The notes below the pieces were generated by a model. It worked only from the letters and a program-made list of their open reading frames with translations, had not been told where the DNA came from and ran no database searches. Both the position numbers and the translations under genes were made by a program. Positions 27,601-40,215 of a stretch of 64,000 nucleotides of DNA are shown here, in pieces. Each line of letters opens with the position of its first letter. The first letter of the stretch is position 1. Source of the DNA: Centroscyllium fabricii (taxonomy: Eukaryota); the NCBI GenBank assembly GCA_051313645.2, contig JBNRSN020000004.1:239754001-239818000 (forward strand), in the 5' to 3' direction.

Positions 27601-30239
27601 CGTAAAGGATTTTTCTGTTTAATTTTCCATTTCCTAGCCTGAAAGCTGCAACTTGTAAATAACACACGAGCTTCCTGTGTGGAACGTTCAAACAAAAGGC
27701 TAAACTGAAAATGTAAACCGGACAAGTCATCAAAATTCGTAACTGTCCTTTTTGGGGGGAAACGTGATCCATTTGACATTGAGAATTCAATGCAATATGT
27801 TATTTATAAGGAATTCAACTATATCATTTAAAATCAAGCATTTCGTACGAAACTATAAATCTTTAGGTATCACAGCAAGACGCGACACATTCCAAGGTTG
27901 TAGTTACATTCTTCCAGGCTTTTTAATGGTTGTTTGTTTTTATATATATATATTTTGGCAAAAGAAAACCTGAATTTCAATTAGACGAACGGCTCTTTTA
28001 AGCGAAGTGCAGTTTCAGAGCACCGTGGTTTCACTTTGTGAATGTAGAATCAATATTTGAATCCTAATTTCAGGCCATCTGCACAGGAAACACAAAACGT
28101 TTTTTTTTGCTGAGGCTCAACACTGGACTTGAATGGTTCTCGATTCTGCTCCAGACCTCAGCACTCCGCCAGTGTCGCTGTAACACTCCGCTGACCAGAT
28201 ACTCAATGCTGGCGCGCAGGCGACGGGCTGAATCAACCGCCCCCCCCCCCCCCCCCTCCGCGCTCCCCCCCCCCCCCATCAAAAAAAACCAATGGGGAAT
28301 GCACAGACGTAGAAAGAAAGATTCGGGTAAAGAGAACCCAAACACCGAAAAAAAGGAAGTTGCATTTCAGTTATATGTAAGATTTTAAACTGGGCTTATA
28401 TAAGCAGCGGATGGTGGCCGGGAAGGGGGTGGGGGGGGGGGAGCAAGCGACTCAACGCGACGGCGACAGCACGTTGGTTTAATGTGGGATCTGATAATTG
28501 TCTTTGTTTAATGGTTATTTCTCTGTTGTTTGATCCACGCAACAGCTCAAGTACTCTAGGATAATTTGGGAGATACTCGTTGCAATTATACGCTGTTGCT
28601 AACGTCGAGATACACCGAAGGTTTTTTTTCTGCAGCAGAAATAAACAAAATACCTCCAGATATCGATTATTAAAAAACCCACAAAGAAATATAAATTGGA
28701 ATTAAAACAACATGGCTCAGTTGCAAACCTACACGCAAACCAGCTACCAAATCATATTATTGCTTGCCTTTAAAGCTCCAAGCGTTTTATAAACTGGGGT
28801 AAGTTTCATTTGATTCGAATGACTATTGTCAATTCTCTTTCAGATTTTGAGATAATGCATACATCAAATATGTTTTAAAAGACTAGCGGAATGAAACATT
28901 TCACAATGCAACATTATTGCAACATTGTTGCTCTGCGAAACCTGCGCACTGGATCTGTACAAACAAACGCACTGACGTCTGAACCTTACACGTATAATAA
29001 AACATTGCATGTTAAAATAGCAATGACAATTATTCTAAGATAAAAATGGCAAAAACTAGAAAAATCACTGACGGACATTATGGATTGTTTCTGGGGGTTT
29101 ATTTATTTTATTAAAAAAAGGTATTGCAAGTTCATTTACTTTAAAACTAGATCAAACCGGGATACTCGCCTTCTGACTTACATTCTATTTGTTGATTTTA
29201 ATGTAACTAAGCCAAATTGTTCATCGCTATACACATATATTAACATCGACACTGTGTGTGAGAGAGGGTGAGATAGAGGCCTACTTAGTTTTTGAGGCAC
29301 ATTATTTAGTTGCACCTACAATGTTTAATATGCCGATAACACTGTGATAAGGATACCCTCTAACCTTATAGAAATACGGTTCTTATGTTTTATATCTGTT
29401 TATATATCTAATCGTTTGCTTTTATTTGCTATTGAAAGGGACGTATCTTAACCATATAACAGACTGGGTTTCCGAATACTGTCTGTGCGGGGAAGCTTTC
29501 CGATTTAGTCTCCACAGAATCCGCCACTGACTGAATGAAACAAAACGTCCACGAATCTGAAGAGATATGGTGGAAACTGCTCGAATCCCGAAGAAATTCA
29601 TTCTATCCGCATTTCTGCATCTGTAAACCAAACTAGCACGTTGAATGCGGAAGTTGTAATTAATTATGGTTTATTGTAGGTAAAGAGCCTTTTTGGAATG
29701 GCTATAGTTTGCTAACATGTAGTTTTATTGCTCAAACTGTTGTAAAACCGTTTGCTTTCGTCGATTGTCACAGTGAGTTTTATGTGCGCCTCATTTTGAA
29801 AATGAAAGATCTTTAGCAACTGCAGGTACACACGCCACTTCTCAGCGGAGCCCTTTAAAACTTCGTTAACGATTTTTATGTGTTAAGAATGCGCTTATAA
29901 TTTTAGTTTTACTAAGCATGAATAATAAATACCTGCCCAATCTCTTTCTTCGTTGTTTTTTTCTGCAGTTTATAGTTTCACTCTTTCCATAATCTTTTAT
30001 GTGAAGGTTAACGATTATAAGGTGTTCGTTAAAAAAAACGAGCATCTGATGGGAAGATTGATTATGATATAAAATAGTCCCCGAAAAAAAAGAACGGCAA
30101 CGGAATATTTTTTCACATCCCAGCTGACAACAAAGAAATCAGATTCCATATATAGAGGTGATTATATCCTTTTGACTAAAAAACACATGGAGTTGCTATA
30201 TAAAATTATGACTATAAAAGATTGACCCTGTTACAAGCT

Positions 30240-30411
30240 GCGGATTGATTTATATTTTATTGTTGTTTTTGAATCACGTGAGTAAATTATCCAATGGCGT
30301 GCAAGTGCGTCTGCACCATATTAGCAGACTGTACTTGTCCCGGCGATAAGTTGTTACATTGAAATCTGCTCTTTCATATTTTCAGGGGCGCTTGCTGTGT
30401 CATCGCCGAGA
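30240..30411 (+). promoter_or_regulatory. HoxA9 proximal promoter / 5' UTR
   Basis: TGATTTAT (Pbx-Hox, 30246-30253), E-box CACGTG (30275-30280), CCAAT (30291-30295), then TTGTTACATTGAAATCTGC just before the ATG. Confidence 0.65.
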
Positions 30412-30952
30412 ATGTCGACATCAGGGACTATCAGCAATTATTATGTCGACTCCCTTATAATGCACGAGAACGAGGATCTGCTGTCGTCTAGATATGCGTC
30501 GGGTCCACTGGCTCAGGCTTCCAGGCAGGCAGCCCTTGCTGAGCACCCCGACTTCTCCCCATGCAACTTTCAGTCTAAAGCCACAGTGTTCAGCACCTCC
30601 TGGAGCCCAGTTCATGCCCAGAGTTCTGCCAGTATGCCCACTGTGTATCACCCATACATGCACCAGGCTCCCATTGCCGCAGCGCCTGATGGTAGGTACA
30701 TGCGCTCCTGGCTAGATCCCATGCCGGGGACCCTGTCCTTCCCCGGGTTACCTTCCAGTAGACACTACGGCATCAAACCTGAGCCTGTAGCTGCCCGCAG
30801 GAGTGACTGCACCACGTTTGAAACACACACGTTAGCCCTCTCAGAATATACTTGTGGAACTCCTCCTGGCGACAAACGTATGAACGAGGTTTCCTTTTCT
30901 GAAAATAATGGAGAGGTTGAGACAAACGCAAATAAGCTACAGATTGATCCAA
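30412..30952 (+). CDS. hoxa9: Homeobox protein Hox-A9, exon 1
   Basis: MSTSGTISNYYVDSL...FSPCNFQSKATVFSTSWSPVH...DGRYMRSWLDP...RHYGIKPEP (Hox9 activation region). Donor A|GTAAGT at 30952/30953. Confidence 0.96.
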
Positions 30953-31620
30953 GTAAGTGTGGAAACCCCGATTTTTTATATTACTTTTATAGCTGAGGAT
31001 TATAAACTCGAACTATTTTATATTCCCGCCTTTTTCTTCATTACATCGCGAAATAAAATTCCACAGATCTGTTTACAGGTTAGCGTTAATTTTATTTATA
31101 TTACACAGCTAAAAATAGATTTGAAACATTTGTTCAAGGTTTATGCTGTATAATTTAGGCACTGCTATGGAAAAAAATCGTGTATATACGGAACTAATAT
31201 CCATTCATTATAGAAGGGAAAGGGGAGATATTGAATAATTACTGACTCTGTAATTCAAGTGCATCTAGTCCAAGCAAACCAGACTACTGAATAAACAAAT
31301 AAAATGCGCATAATATACAGCACAAGCATGCGACACTTTGCTCTGGATTATTAATATGTCTGATTAACAGATCGTCACATTATTACAGTTTTCTAACTCG
31401 TTTTTGAATTCTATTCATAGAGTTTGTTCATTGGACAAAACGATTCGTATCAGAGTTGAATGCACTGAGCAAACACAGATAAAAGTGTAGCAACCAGACT
31501 CTTTAATCCACTGCTCCCTCGCCCTGTTATCTGTTAAGCTGTTTTGATTCTGAGAATGTTACAATATTAGACTAACATGATAAGGGACATATATTAAATG
31601 TGTTTCCTTTATACTTTCAG

Positions 31621-31862
31621 ATAACCCTTCCGCCAACTGGCTGCATGCAAGGTCTACCAGAAAGAAACGCTGCCCATACACTAAACATCAGACGTTGGAG
31701 CTGGAAAAAGAATTTTTGTTTAATATGTACCTCACAAGAGACCGCAGATATGAGGTCGCCAGGGTCCTTAACCTTACCGAACGGCAAGTTAAAATCTGGT
31801 TTCAGAATAGAAGGATGAAGATGAAAAAAATCAACAAGGAACGACCTAAAGACGACCGGTGA
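31621..31862 (+). CDS. hoxa9: Homeobox protein Hox-A9, exon 2 (homeodomain)
   Basis: TTTCAG| then (N)[79 protein letters not shown]. Spliced CDS is 260 aa. This frame is not in the ORF track. Confidence 0.97.
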
Positions 31863-32779
31863 CACGAAGGAGAATGTTTTTGAGGAAAGAAAAGGACTAA
31901 ATTCACAATTACTATCGAAATAGGCCTGCTTCAGAAAGACTATCTGAACATTTTGTCATGTCATTAGCACAAGATATTCCTATGCCAGTTCTGGACTACA
32001 TATGGTGGGAAAAAAAGACTGATACTCTTGTTAGTTGGGAACCAAAGAGGGAGACATTTACGGCAAGGTTAAGTCTGTGGCTACGGAATCTACCTTACTT
32101 TACATGAAAACTACCTTCCCTTAATCCACCGCTACTCTGTGTGGACAGTAATTCAGTAATACTGTATTAGTTTAATATTTACTTGTTTTACATGCAGCAA
32201 ACGAGGCTGCCTATATACTTGAATCGGTGTATGTTGTGGTGATTATCTCTGTGACTGGGCCTCTGTGCTTGGGCGGTGTCTGAGTAAAGATCGTGTAAAC
32301 AAACAAAAGAAAAATCTCAATTTAACTCAGGATGTTCAATATAAAGATAACAGTCTGTGTAGTGCATATGAAATGTTATTTTCGTGGTGAACTTGGAACA
32401 TATATTGTATTATTTTCACTGTGAATTAACTTGTAGAAACTCCGGGCTTTATGCTGTCTTTGTGAGACTGAGTAACGGCCTTGCCCGGGGTGCATGACGA
32501 TTGTGTTGTTCTTCAGAAATTGTATGAAACTGAATTGCATAGAATGCTAATATAAGTTTTATTTCAAAGAGCAGCGCTAAGCATAATGCTACACGATACT
32601 CTTGTCTGTTGTGATAAAAGCACGAATGAAGTTCTCAGACACTTTGTATTTATCGGTGTTGTGGTGCAAAGAAAAGTATAAGATTTGGTTTAAAACTACC
32701 TATATGTATAACTAGTAACTACCTATGTTTTGTGTGTAAATGTGACCCGTAATATTGTTTTGACGCATTTATGCGGTGG

Positions 32780-32785
32780 AATAAA
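32780..32785 (+). terminator. Probable HoxA9 polyadenylation signal
   Basis: AATAAA just downstream of two miR-196 8mer sites; a second AATAAA follows about 24 nt later. Confidence 0.55.
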
Positions 32786-34802
32786 TAAGCAAACAATATT
32801 GTCAATAAATGTAATGTGTACAATACAAGGAAAATATCTGGGTGCAATAGAAAGAGCATACCCCTAATGTGTTTGAAATGGGGGTTGTCGTTAGACCTAT
32901 AGAGTTAACACATTTACACTTGTGTACACGTTTGAAATGAATACCTCGTGTCATATTGACCAAACTATACTGTTTGTAATGAAATGTCATTTTATTTGTT
33001 GTCTAATAAAATATATGTTTCATTACATATATAATATACTTTCTCTTTATGGAGCTCAATGTATGCCAAGATCTCGCCTGGAACTCTGTCCACGATTACA
33101 TTTTTTTAATTTCACTACCATTTCAGAATTTTCAAAACTCGCCATACCAACTGCAACATTTTCAAAATATAAACTACAATTCCCTCCAGAGATATATAAC
33201 GTTTCAAATATACCAATCAAAACGTAAACTTTCAGCCGAACAGCAGCGAGTTAATGAAAGTGCACCACTTTCACGAGAATAATCCAATTTCTTTACTAAT
33301 ATTTAACATTTTGTCACTAATATCAATACTTACAGTTTTGCAAAATGTTGCGATTTATTTAACGATAGTTATTGGATTTTTCCCAAAATTCTGATATTCA
33401 AAACGTAACTTAAAGTTTGGAATTTCCTCAACTAAACATTGCAACGAATATTATCACTTTAACTGATGTAACTGATATTTAGTGGATAACTAAAATTAGA
33501 CTGAGGTTGGGGTTTCTGAAAAAGAGAAGAAAATATACACTGCCATGTAACAATGAGTCTTGGCAGCGGATCCTATGACAAAGATTCGGAATATATTTGA
33601 GTTTAACGCCCAGTTATCACCAATTAACTCGAGAACGTGTAAAACTGCTCTAACAACTTCTACCGTCGCCTAGCCGTGCGCCAAGGCCGCTAGTTATTTA
33701 TATGATTTGTTGTGGGTTACTTATTCAAGTAATGCAGTACTTCTGCTGAAAGTGGAAATGAATGATCTTGAGGCGCTTGTCCGTGTAAAGAGCTCCAAAG
33801 TTGTTGGGATTTCATCATATTATAAAGAGGTAAATAATTTTAAAATTTCGCACTGGCACCAATCCCTGCCGCCATTTCTTCAACTAGGCAACACAAAAGA
33901 TTCGGGTCCTTCGGAAGTGTACGGCGTCTTACCGCTAACAAAAAAAATGTGCACGGCTTGACACATTATTCTTTTTCAACTGTAAGATCCCTAGTAACTT
34001 TTTAAGACCCCGAAGACAGTTTGGATAGATTTAGTGGGATTCAAGTGATTTGGAAACTAGACAGAGAGGCCGGAGTAGTTGCAAGTCTTGGCAGTGGCTG
34101 TCGTTAGTAAAATTCAGAGTGGTGTACCGTAATAAAAGAAAATGACTGCTGTAAGCATTTATGGGGTGTAAAACGCTGGAGGTTAAGGGGCGAAGTACAT
34201 AAACACGACACTGACGATCTTACATTTGGAGTATTCTTCAGTATCTGGCAGCAAACACTCGACTAGCAGTACAATTACTAAAATAGTTTTATTATAATAT
34301 TAAAACAGTTGCTAAATTGAACTATCTTTTTATTTTTACGTGTTCAGTCTGGAGGGTTATAATGTTGTGACGCCCTCTGTTGTTGCAGATGGAACTTCAA
34401 AGACTGAACAGGGAGACTTGCAATAAAATGAAGGGTCTGGCAGTGGCAAGCCGTCTGGAATTCGGGTTTTAATGAGTTTACAACTGTCCAGCTACAATCA
34501 GTATTTTTCCAGAGAAGGCCATCCATTTGTTTTGTCTGGATGCCTAGACAAAAGGGTCTGCGGAAATAACGACCTTTATTAGTCTCGTCTCTAACATGGG
34601 CCCCTCAAATATATCTTTACTAATTTATTGCGTCTAGTGGAAAAATAACAGATCTTTAGTTATTTCGACGCGTAGTTTAACACTGTTTGCAATTAAATTT
34701 AGTATGTATAAGAAAATACAAGGTCAAAAAATAAATATAGGTATTAGGTTCTGTGCAGTTTAGACAAGGTTTTCTGTGCATTCTCTGACAGCACTTTCCT
34801 CG

Positions 34803-34837
34803 TTGCAGTTTTCCATTATGGCCAGGAGATGGCAGTG
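34803..34837 (+). promoter_or_regulatory. CTCF site between HoxA9 and HoxA7 (CBS7/9-like)
   Basis: Core TGGCCAGGAGATGGCAGTG (34819-34837) preceded by the upstream module TTGCAGTTTTCC. The position matches the known 7|9 boundary site. Confidence 0.75.
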
Positions 34838-36829
34838 TTAATCCACAGAAGAATTTAAAAAGAGTGCCGCCAAGCTGCCAAAAAGTGCAATAACTGCTAT
34901 AAACTGGGATTTATTTATACAGTAGGTTGTAAATAGGATGAAAACATCTACCGCAAATGACACTTGTAAAAAAGGACTGAGGTCGATGGAGTATATTCAT
35001 TTTGAATCCATCAACTCATTTGTGGACAGATTAATTCCACTTGACCCGGGGTTTAGAAATCCATTTGTACTTTAGTGTTTTATTTTTAATGTACAATAAC
35101 ACGATTTAAATTGATTATCTTCCACTTTGTTCCTCAGTCTACTGTGCTGCGTGCAACAAGGGAAAGCCGATTAGAAATTGTGAGTATCTGAAAGCGAAAT
35201 GACGTGACCATCCGTGCATAAAACAAGTATGCATATGTAAACTATGTGCATGAATACGTACGCACATCCACACACAGACATATAACATACATGCAATTAT
35301 ACCGACACACATGCCTGCACTCAGATACCTAAATAAATGTGGACGTGCATGTGCTTATCGTGAATTCCTCCAGGGATTCCAGTAAGGTTCAAATGTTAAA
35401 TGTGACGTATACTTGAAGTAGGGAAAGTAACTTAATGTAACTAATTCTTCTGTATATTTTATCTCTAGGCTTCATATTGTTGTAATTTATAAACACGTCT
35501 ATGGACAAAGTAAATAGGATATTTAGAACAGTCATAAGGTGAATTCACGGAATAATGTGTGTTCTCATATATATCAGTACACACACACAAACGAGCGGTC
35601 TGTAAATAGGTGATTATTTTAATTTTATGTACACACACAAACAGAGAGAACGAAATGCATATTACAGTTCTACAAAAGTTAAATACTTTAAAGATAGGTA
35701 GATAATGGATAGGTAGGTGGCTAGATGGATAGCGTTAATAATGGCATATCGTGAAATACACGTTGAATGTGCTTAACTGATTAGTAACTCTTAGAATTTT
35801 CATAAAATCATTAATAACTTGGTCAAATGTTATAATAGCAACACAGGAAGTCAGTTGGGAGAATACATGTATTTTTTTAATAAAGGGACCCACATAATAT
35901 TTTCTCGTTGGGTCAAACTGCGGCATATATACTTCATATGCATTATTTTTGTCAATGAAAAGAGTCTGTAAAACCTCCCCAATATTGGTCTTGGACTGAA
36001 TGAAAGCGACGGTCGAACCCAAAGGATACTCCTTTTGTTACAGTGCGACTGGTTTATCAAAATAACGTCACCTAAGCTTCCTCATACATCAGAAAGTCAA
36101 AATCGCGCAACTCCTTTTTCGTAGTTTCATAGTTTTTACCTTTTGGAACTAGAACAGGTGGGTCCTCACCGCACTAAACCGCAGTGTATTGGATTCAAAA
36201 ACTCTGAGATCATTCACACATTTGCCATCACAATAATGATAATAATTTCACGATATATATTACAAAACAACGATGCTCGGATTCATTAATGTTCTTTCCA
36301 AATTCCAGCGCAATGTATACAATATAATCTGTGCAGTTCTTGTCACAACACAATACTAAACCAGAATTTAGAAAGACCATAAAAGCAGCTTTTATTTCCT
36401 TTAATAAACTGCACAGAAGGAATGGGGAACTTTTACAGCCATATAATAGATTTCAAACCACAGCAAATGGCGTGCAACGGAATTGATATATATGCATTTC
36501 AAGATATGCTGACAGGAATGGTCTACATTATTATTCAGTCGCATTTCAAATATGTGCTCCGTGATCACTGTGCTCTTTGCTACATCCCAGCTGCACTTTC
36601 AGCATGATCTGTTACTGCACAACACTATCTTAATGTTGCACAAAGTCTTTCATGTGCTTGTAATCAGTTTGCAATTGCATTCTGACAATTTGTTTAAATA
36701 GCATAGAAAAAGATATAATTTGACATATAGCCGTATCCGGGAATATAGAAGAAACTCGGGCTTCAGAACTTACGAAATCTGCATTATAATGTAAAATGTC
36801 TGCATAACATAACGTTGCAATATAGTGAA

Positions 36830-36960
36830 NNNNNNNNNNNNNNNNNNNNNNNNNNNNNNNNNNNNNNNNNNNNNNNNNNNNNNNNNNNNNNNNNNNNNNN
36901 NNNNNNNNNNNNNNNNNNNNNNNNNNNNNNNNNNNNNNNNNNNNNNNNNNNNNNNNNNNN
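36830..36960. other. Assembly gap (131 N)
   Basis: Run of N in the sequence. Confidence 1.
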
Positions 36961-38576
36961 GTGAAATTTTGTGTCACTAAATATTTATCAGATTAATTTT
37001 ATTCTTTTAGTGATATCGACATCCTTGGTCTCCAGTCGTGGATGAGCAGAAATATTGAAACTCCTCGTTCTATAACAACAGCATGTTTTTCAGAGCAGCC
37101 ATGTGTACAAATAATTATCAATTGTGTTCTGTTTCAAAAAAAGTACGGTAACATTTGAAGTCACAACCACAATAATGTATCCATTGGTGTTAAACATGTG
37201 TCTGGTTCTCTTTGCTTCTGGGCTTCCTTCAGTTCGGCCTGTTAATACGGTTGTAGTGATCAATACAGCCTTAGATTCCTGGTAATAAAAGAAAGTAAGC
37301 GTTTGGGATTGCAGTTAAACAAACCGTGTGCGTTAGTGCCAGAGATTTCATAGTAAAGTATTATTTAAGGTGATAATTCAATACACGCGTAATTAAAATG
37401 TTGCCTAGAATGTTGTAATCTGTATTTATTTATCTGCATTGTACATATAAACATTTGTAACTGGGACCATGCAGTCACAATGATCGCAGGACAACTGTGC
37501 GAGGAAGCTTACACCCTGGGAAATGACGAATTAAAGGGCAAAATAGAAGTGAAAAGAAAGTTTTCCCACTCATCTGTTTGACATTATTATGAAATTAGAT
37601 TTTGGATGTTTGGCGGAGTGTCGGTGTTCTTGGCGAACACTTGACTAAAGTTAACAGCGTTCTTGTTGGTATTATTGAACTAATCCGTTCAATTACATTG
37701 CATTTTATTCCACTTTTTCCTTCCTTTGATTTTTATTTCTCAAGTTTTCGTCGGAGTTCTATGCCTTGCAATCTAAGAGCAATCGGTAGCGGTAAACCTA
37801 CTTTCAACCAGGAACCTTTAGACCTATTTAAAAGTTCACATTCTGTATTGATCGCTTCTGCTCGATGCGGCCACGCGCTATGGATTGTCATGATTTTAAA
37901 TTTAATTTAAACTCTTAACAATTTTCTGCTCTCCGGTCGCTCTGGTAAAATCTTTGACAGTTCGACTTGGGATATATTTTAATGTAGGATAAGTTTATAA
38001 TACAGAGCGTGCTCCCAACCGTTTCCCGGAACATTTAGATTAGCGCGCCGCTTCGTTTTAGGAATGTACAGGAAATATGGAGATTACAGACAGTTTTATA
38101 GACCAGAAGGATATCAAACAAAGATTGTTTTTTAACGAGCGAGGGATGAATGTAATGCAACAACCTCCTGATAACACAGCCCCGCTGTTGCAACGCCTGT
38201 CTGCTTAGCACAAGGACTGTGACTTGCCAAAGGAGACCCAAGACATCAAAAGAAAATAACAGTTTCTAATATTAGAGAAAATGTTTCCTAAAGGATCTCA
38301 GACGGAAATGCAGAAAGATAGTTTGTTGTAATAAGCCTTTACTTTCAACGTACCAGGTGCATCGTTGTAAGACTGTATATCTGTTGTAAATACAGTGGTC
38401 TGGGATTCCTTGTCTACACATAACACCAACAAATATACCTCTATTAATGTTGGACATAAAAGCAATTGTTCCACTGGAAAGGAGCCAACAGCCTAAGTAG
38501 AGCAACTGGAGAATTTGCAAGGAAACTGTGGACAACAGCTTCGGAGACAAGTTCTGTGATCTAACGAGAGGATTGG

Positions 38577-38600
38577 GAGAGAGAGAGAGAGAGAGAGAGA
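38577..38600 (+). repeat. (GA)n microsatellite
   Basis: Perfect GA run of 24 nt. Confidence 0.95.
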
Positions 38601-39454
38601 AAAGTTGTAAAACAGAAGGAGGAAATGATGCCGGGGTAAATCCCCTGCGGGGGTCTAGTCAGATTACCTAGCAACTCCAAGAGGGTTCCACAAAATAGCC
38701 GTTTCATTGGAACCATGGTTGTCTCCAAAGTGAAATTGTGCGTTTCAGTAAATCAATATACAAACACGCTTGAATGTTAAAAAAAACCTCCGAGAGTTAA
38801 TAGCAGGAGCTGGCTCCATAGTGATGCAGCCGCCCCCTCCCGCCCGCGACCCCCGCCCCAGTGGAGTGCTGATGCAGTTTATATCTTGTATCTACAGTCC
38901 TCGCTAAAACCACACAGATTATTCTATAATCTAAAGATTAGATTGTATTGACCATTAATTCAACAGAGCTGCAGTTTTCCAGTGTTGCACAATGTTTTCA
39001 TGACCACACACAACTGCACAGGGAAGGGAAGAACAAATGAAATTGCTCCTTTCTTTTAATTTAAACCATTTAAACGTTTCCTTTTTAACGCAAAGTGTAG
39101 AGGGATCCTTAATATTAATCGAATGTGACCATCGAGTTCTATATATGAAACATGCGTATTTCTATTATGTAAAACCAAAGTGTCTCCTTCTTACGTCCAA
39201 GTAAACGTTTCATTACAACACTTGCAAATTCATCACACATTTTATTTTCAAAAATATTGGAAACATACCTGCGCTCCTAAAACCTTCACATACATGTGGG
39301 GCAATGGCTTGTTAAATAGTAGTTATGAGATACCTCCTTTTTAAGTTCCACAATCTATCTATATTAATAATGTTGCAAACATTTTGTTCATGATTCTTGC
39401 ACAATGTTATTTTGCAAATAGTCGGATAACATGATATTTACCACCTGTGATGTG

Positions 39455-39625
39455 GAATGCTATTGGGTGACGGGATCACATGGTCGGGTCACGTGAATAG
39501 AAATAAGTCGGGCCGAAGGAAAATGGGTGTTTGGTGTAAATCGGGGGTGTAATGCTGCCATATATCACGCTATCTCGTAAAACCGACACTGAAGAGTCCT
39601 GGCCAACAAATCACCAGACAAAATT
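39455..39625 (+). promoter_or_regulatory. HoxA7 promoter / 5' UTR
   Basis: ATTGG, CACATG and CACGTG E-boxes, and the Hox7-type leader TTTGGTGTAAATC...CTCGTAAAACCGACACT...CAACAAATCA...AAATTATG. Confidence 0.65.
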
Positions 39626-40019
39626 ATGAGTTCGTCGTATTATGTGAATGCTCTTTTTCCCAAATATACGGCGGGGACATCCGTTTTCCAGAACGCGAGT
39701 GGCTTTGCAGAAGCAACTTCTTGTGCCTTTGCTACCAACTCACAGAGACCGAGCTATGGAGCGAGCGCCAGCGCCTTCCCAGCCCCGATGGCCGGGCTGT
39801 ACAATGTTAACAGTGCAATCTATCACGGCCCTTCCATGTACAACACAGGTTATAACCTAAATTCAGAATCCTACAACCTGCGCTGCTCTGCCTTAGACCA
39901 GAACATTCCAGTGCTTTGCAGCGATCTGAGCAAACAGGGTTGCGAAAAATTGGATCAGGCAAACGTGCACCCTCAAGCAGAGAGCAATTTCCGGATTTAC
40001 CCCTGGATGAGGAATGCAG
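39626..40019 (+). CDS. hoxa7: Homeobox protein Hox-A7, exon 1
   Basis: MSSSYYVNALFPKYTAGTSVFQN...SNFRIYPWMR hexapeptide. Donor G|GTATGG at 40019/40020. Confidence 0.95.
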
Positions 40020-40164
40020 GTATGGGACATAAATGTAACATAGCTCTGAGAGACGTGCAAATGGCCAGTTAAGATGAGCGCCAGTACATCCTGAAAGTAG
40101 TTAAGAGTTTTAATGGTAGTCGAGGAACAGTTCCGCAAAAGCATGTGGCATTGTATGCAGATAG

Positions 40165-40215
40165 CAATCATAAAACTTTTATTGCACAATTAATCAGTAC
40201 AATCCTCGTAAAAAC
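40165..40215 (+). promoter_or_regulatory. HoxA7 intronic homeodomain-binding cluster (HB-1-like)
   Basis: CAATCATAAAACTTTTATTGCACAATTAATC...CTCGTAAAA: opposed Cdx/Hox TTTAT sites plus TAAT, as described for Hox7 and Hox4 introns. Confidence 0.6.

Noticed and set aside
28107-28388. Proline-rich 93-aa ORF
   Set aside because: An artefact of poly-C tracts.
36630-36977. 115-aa ORF on the minus strand
   Set aside because: It runs through the N gap.
32900-39400. HoxA8 gene or pseudogene
   Set aside because: No homeobox, YPWM or MSSYF-like remnant seen, and the 131-nt nominal gap is shorter than a homeobox.
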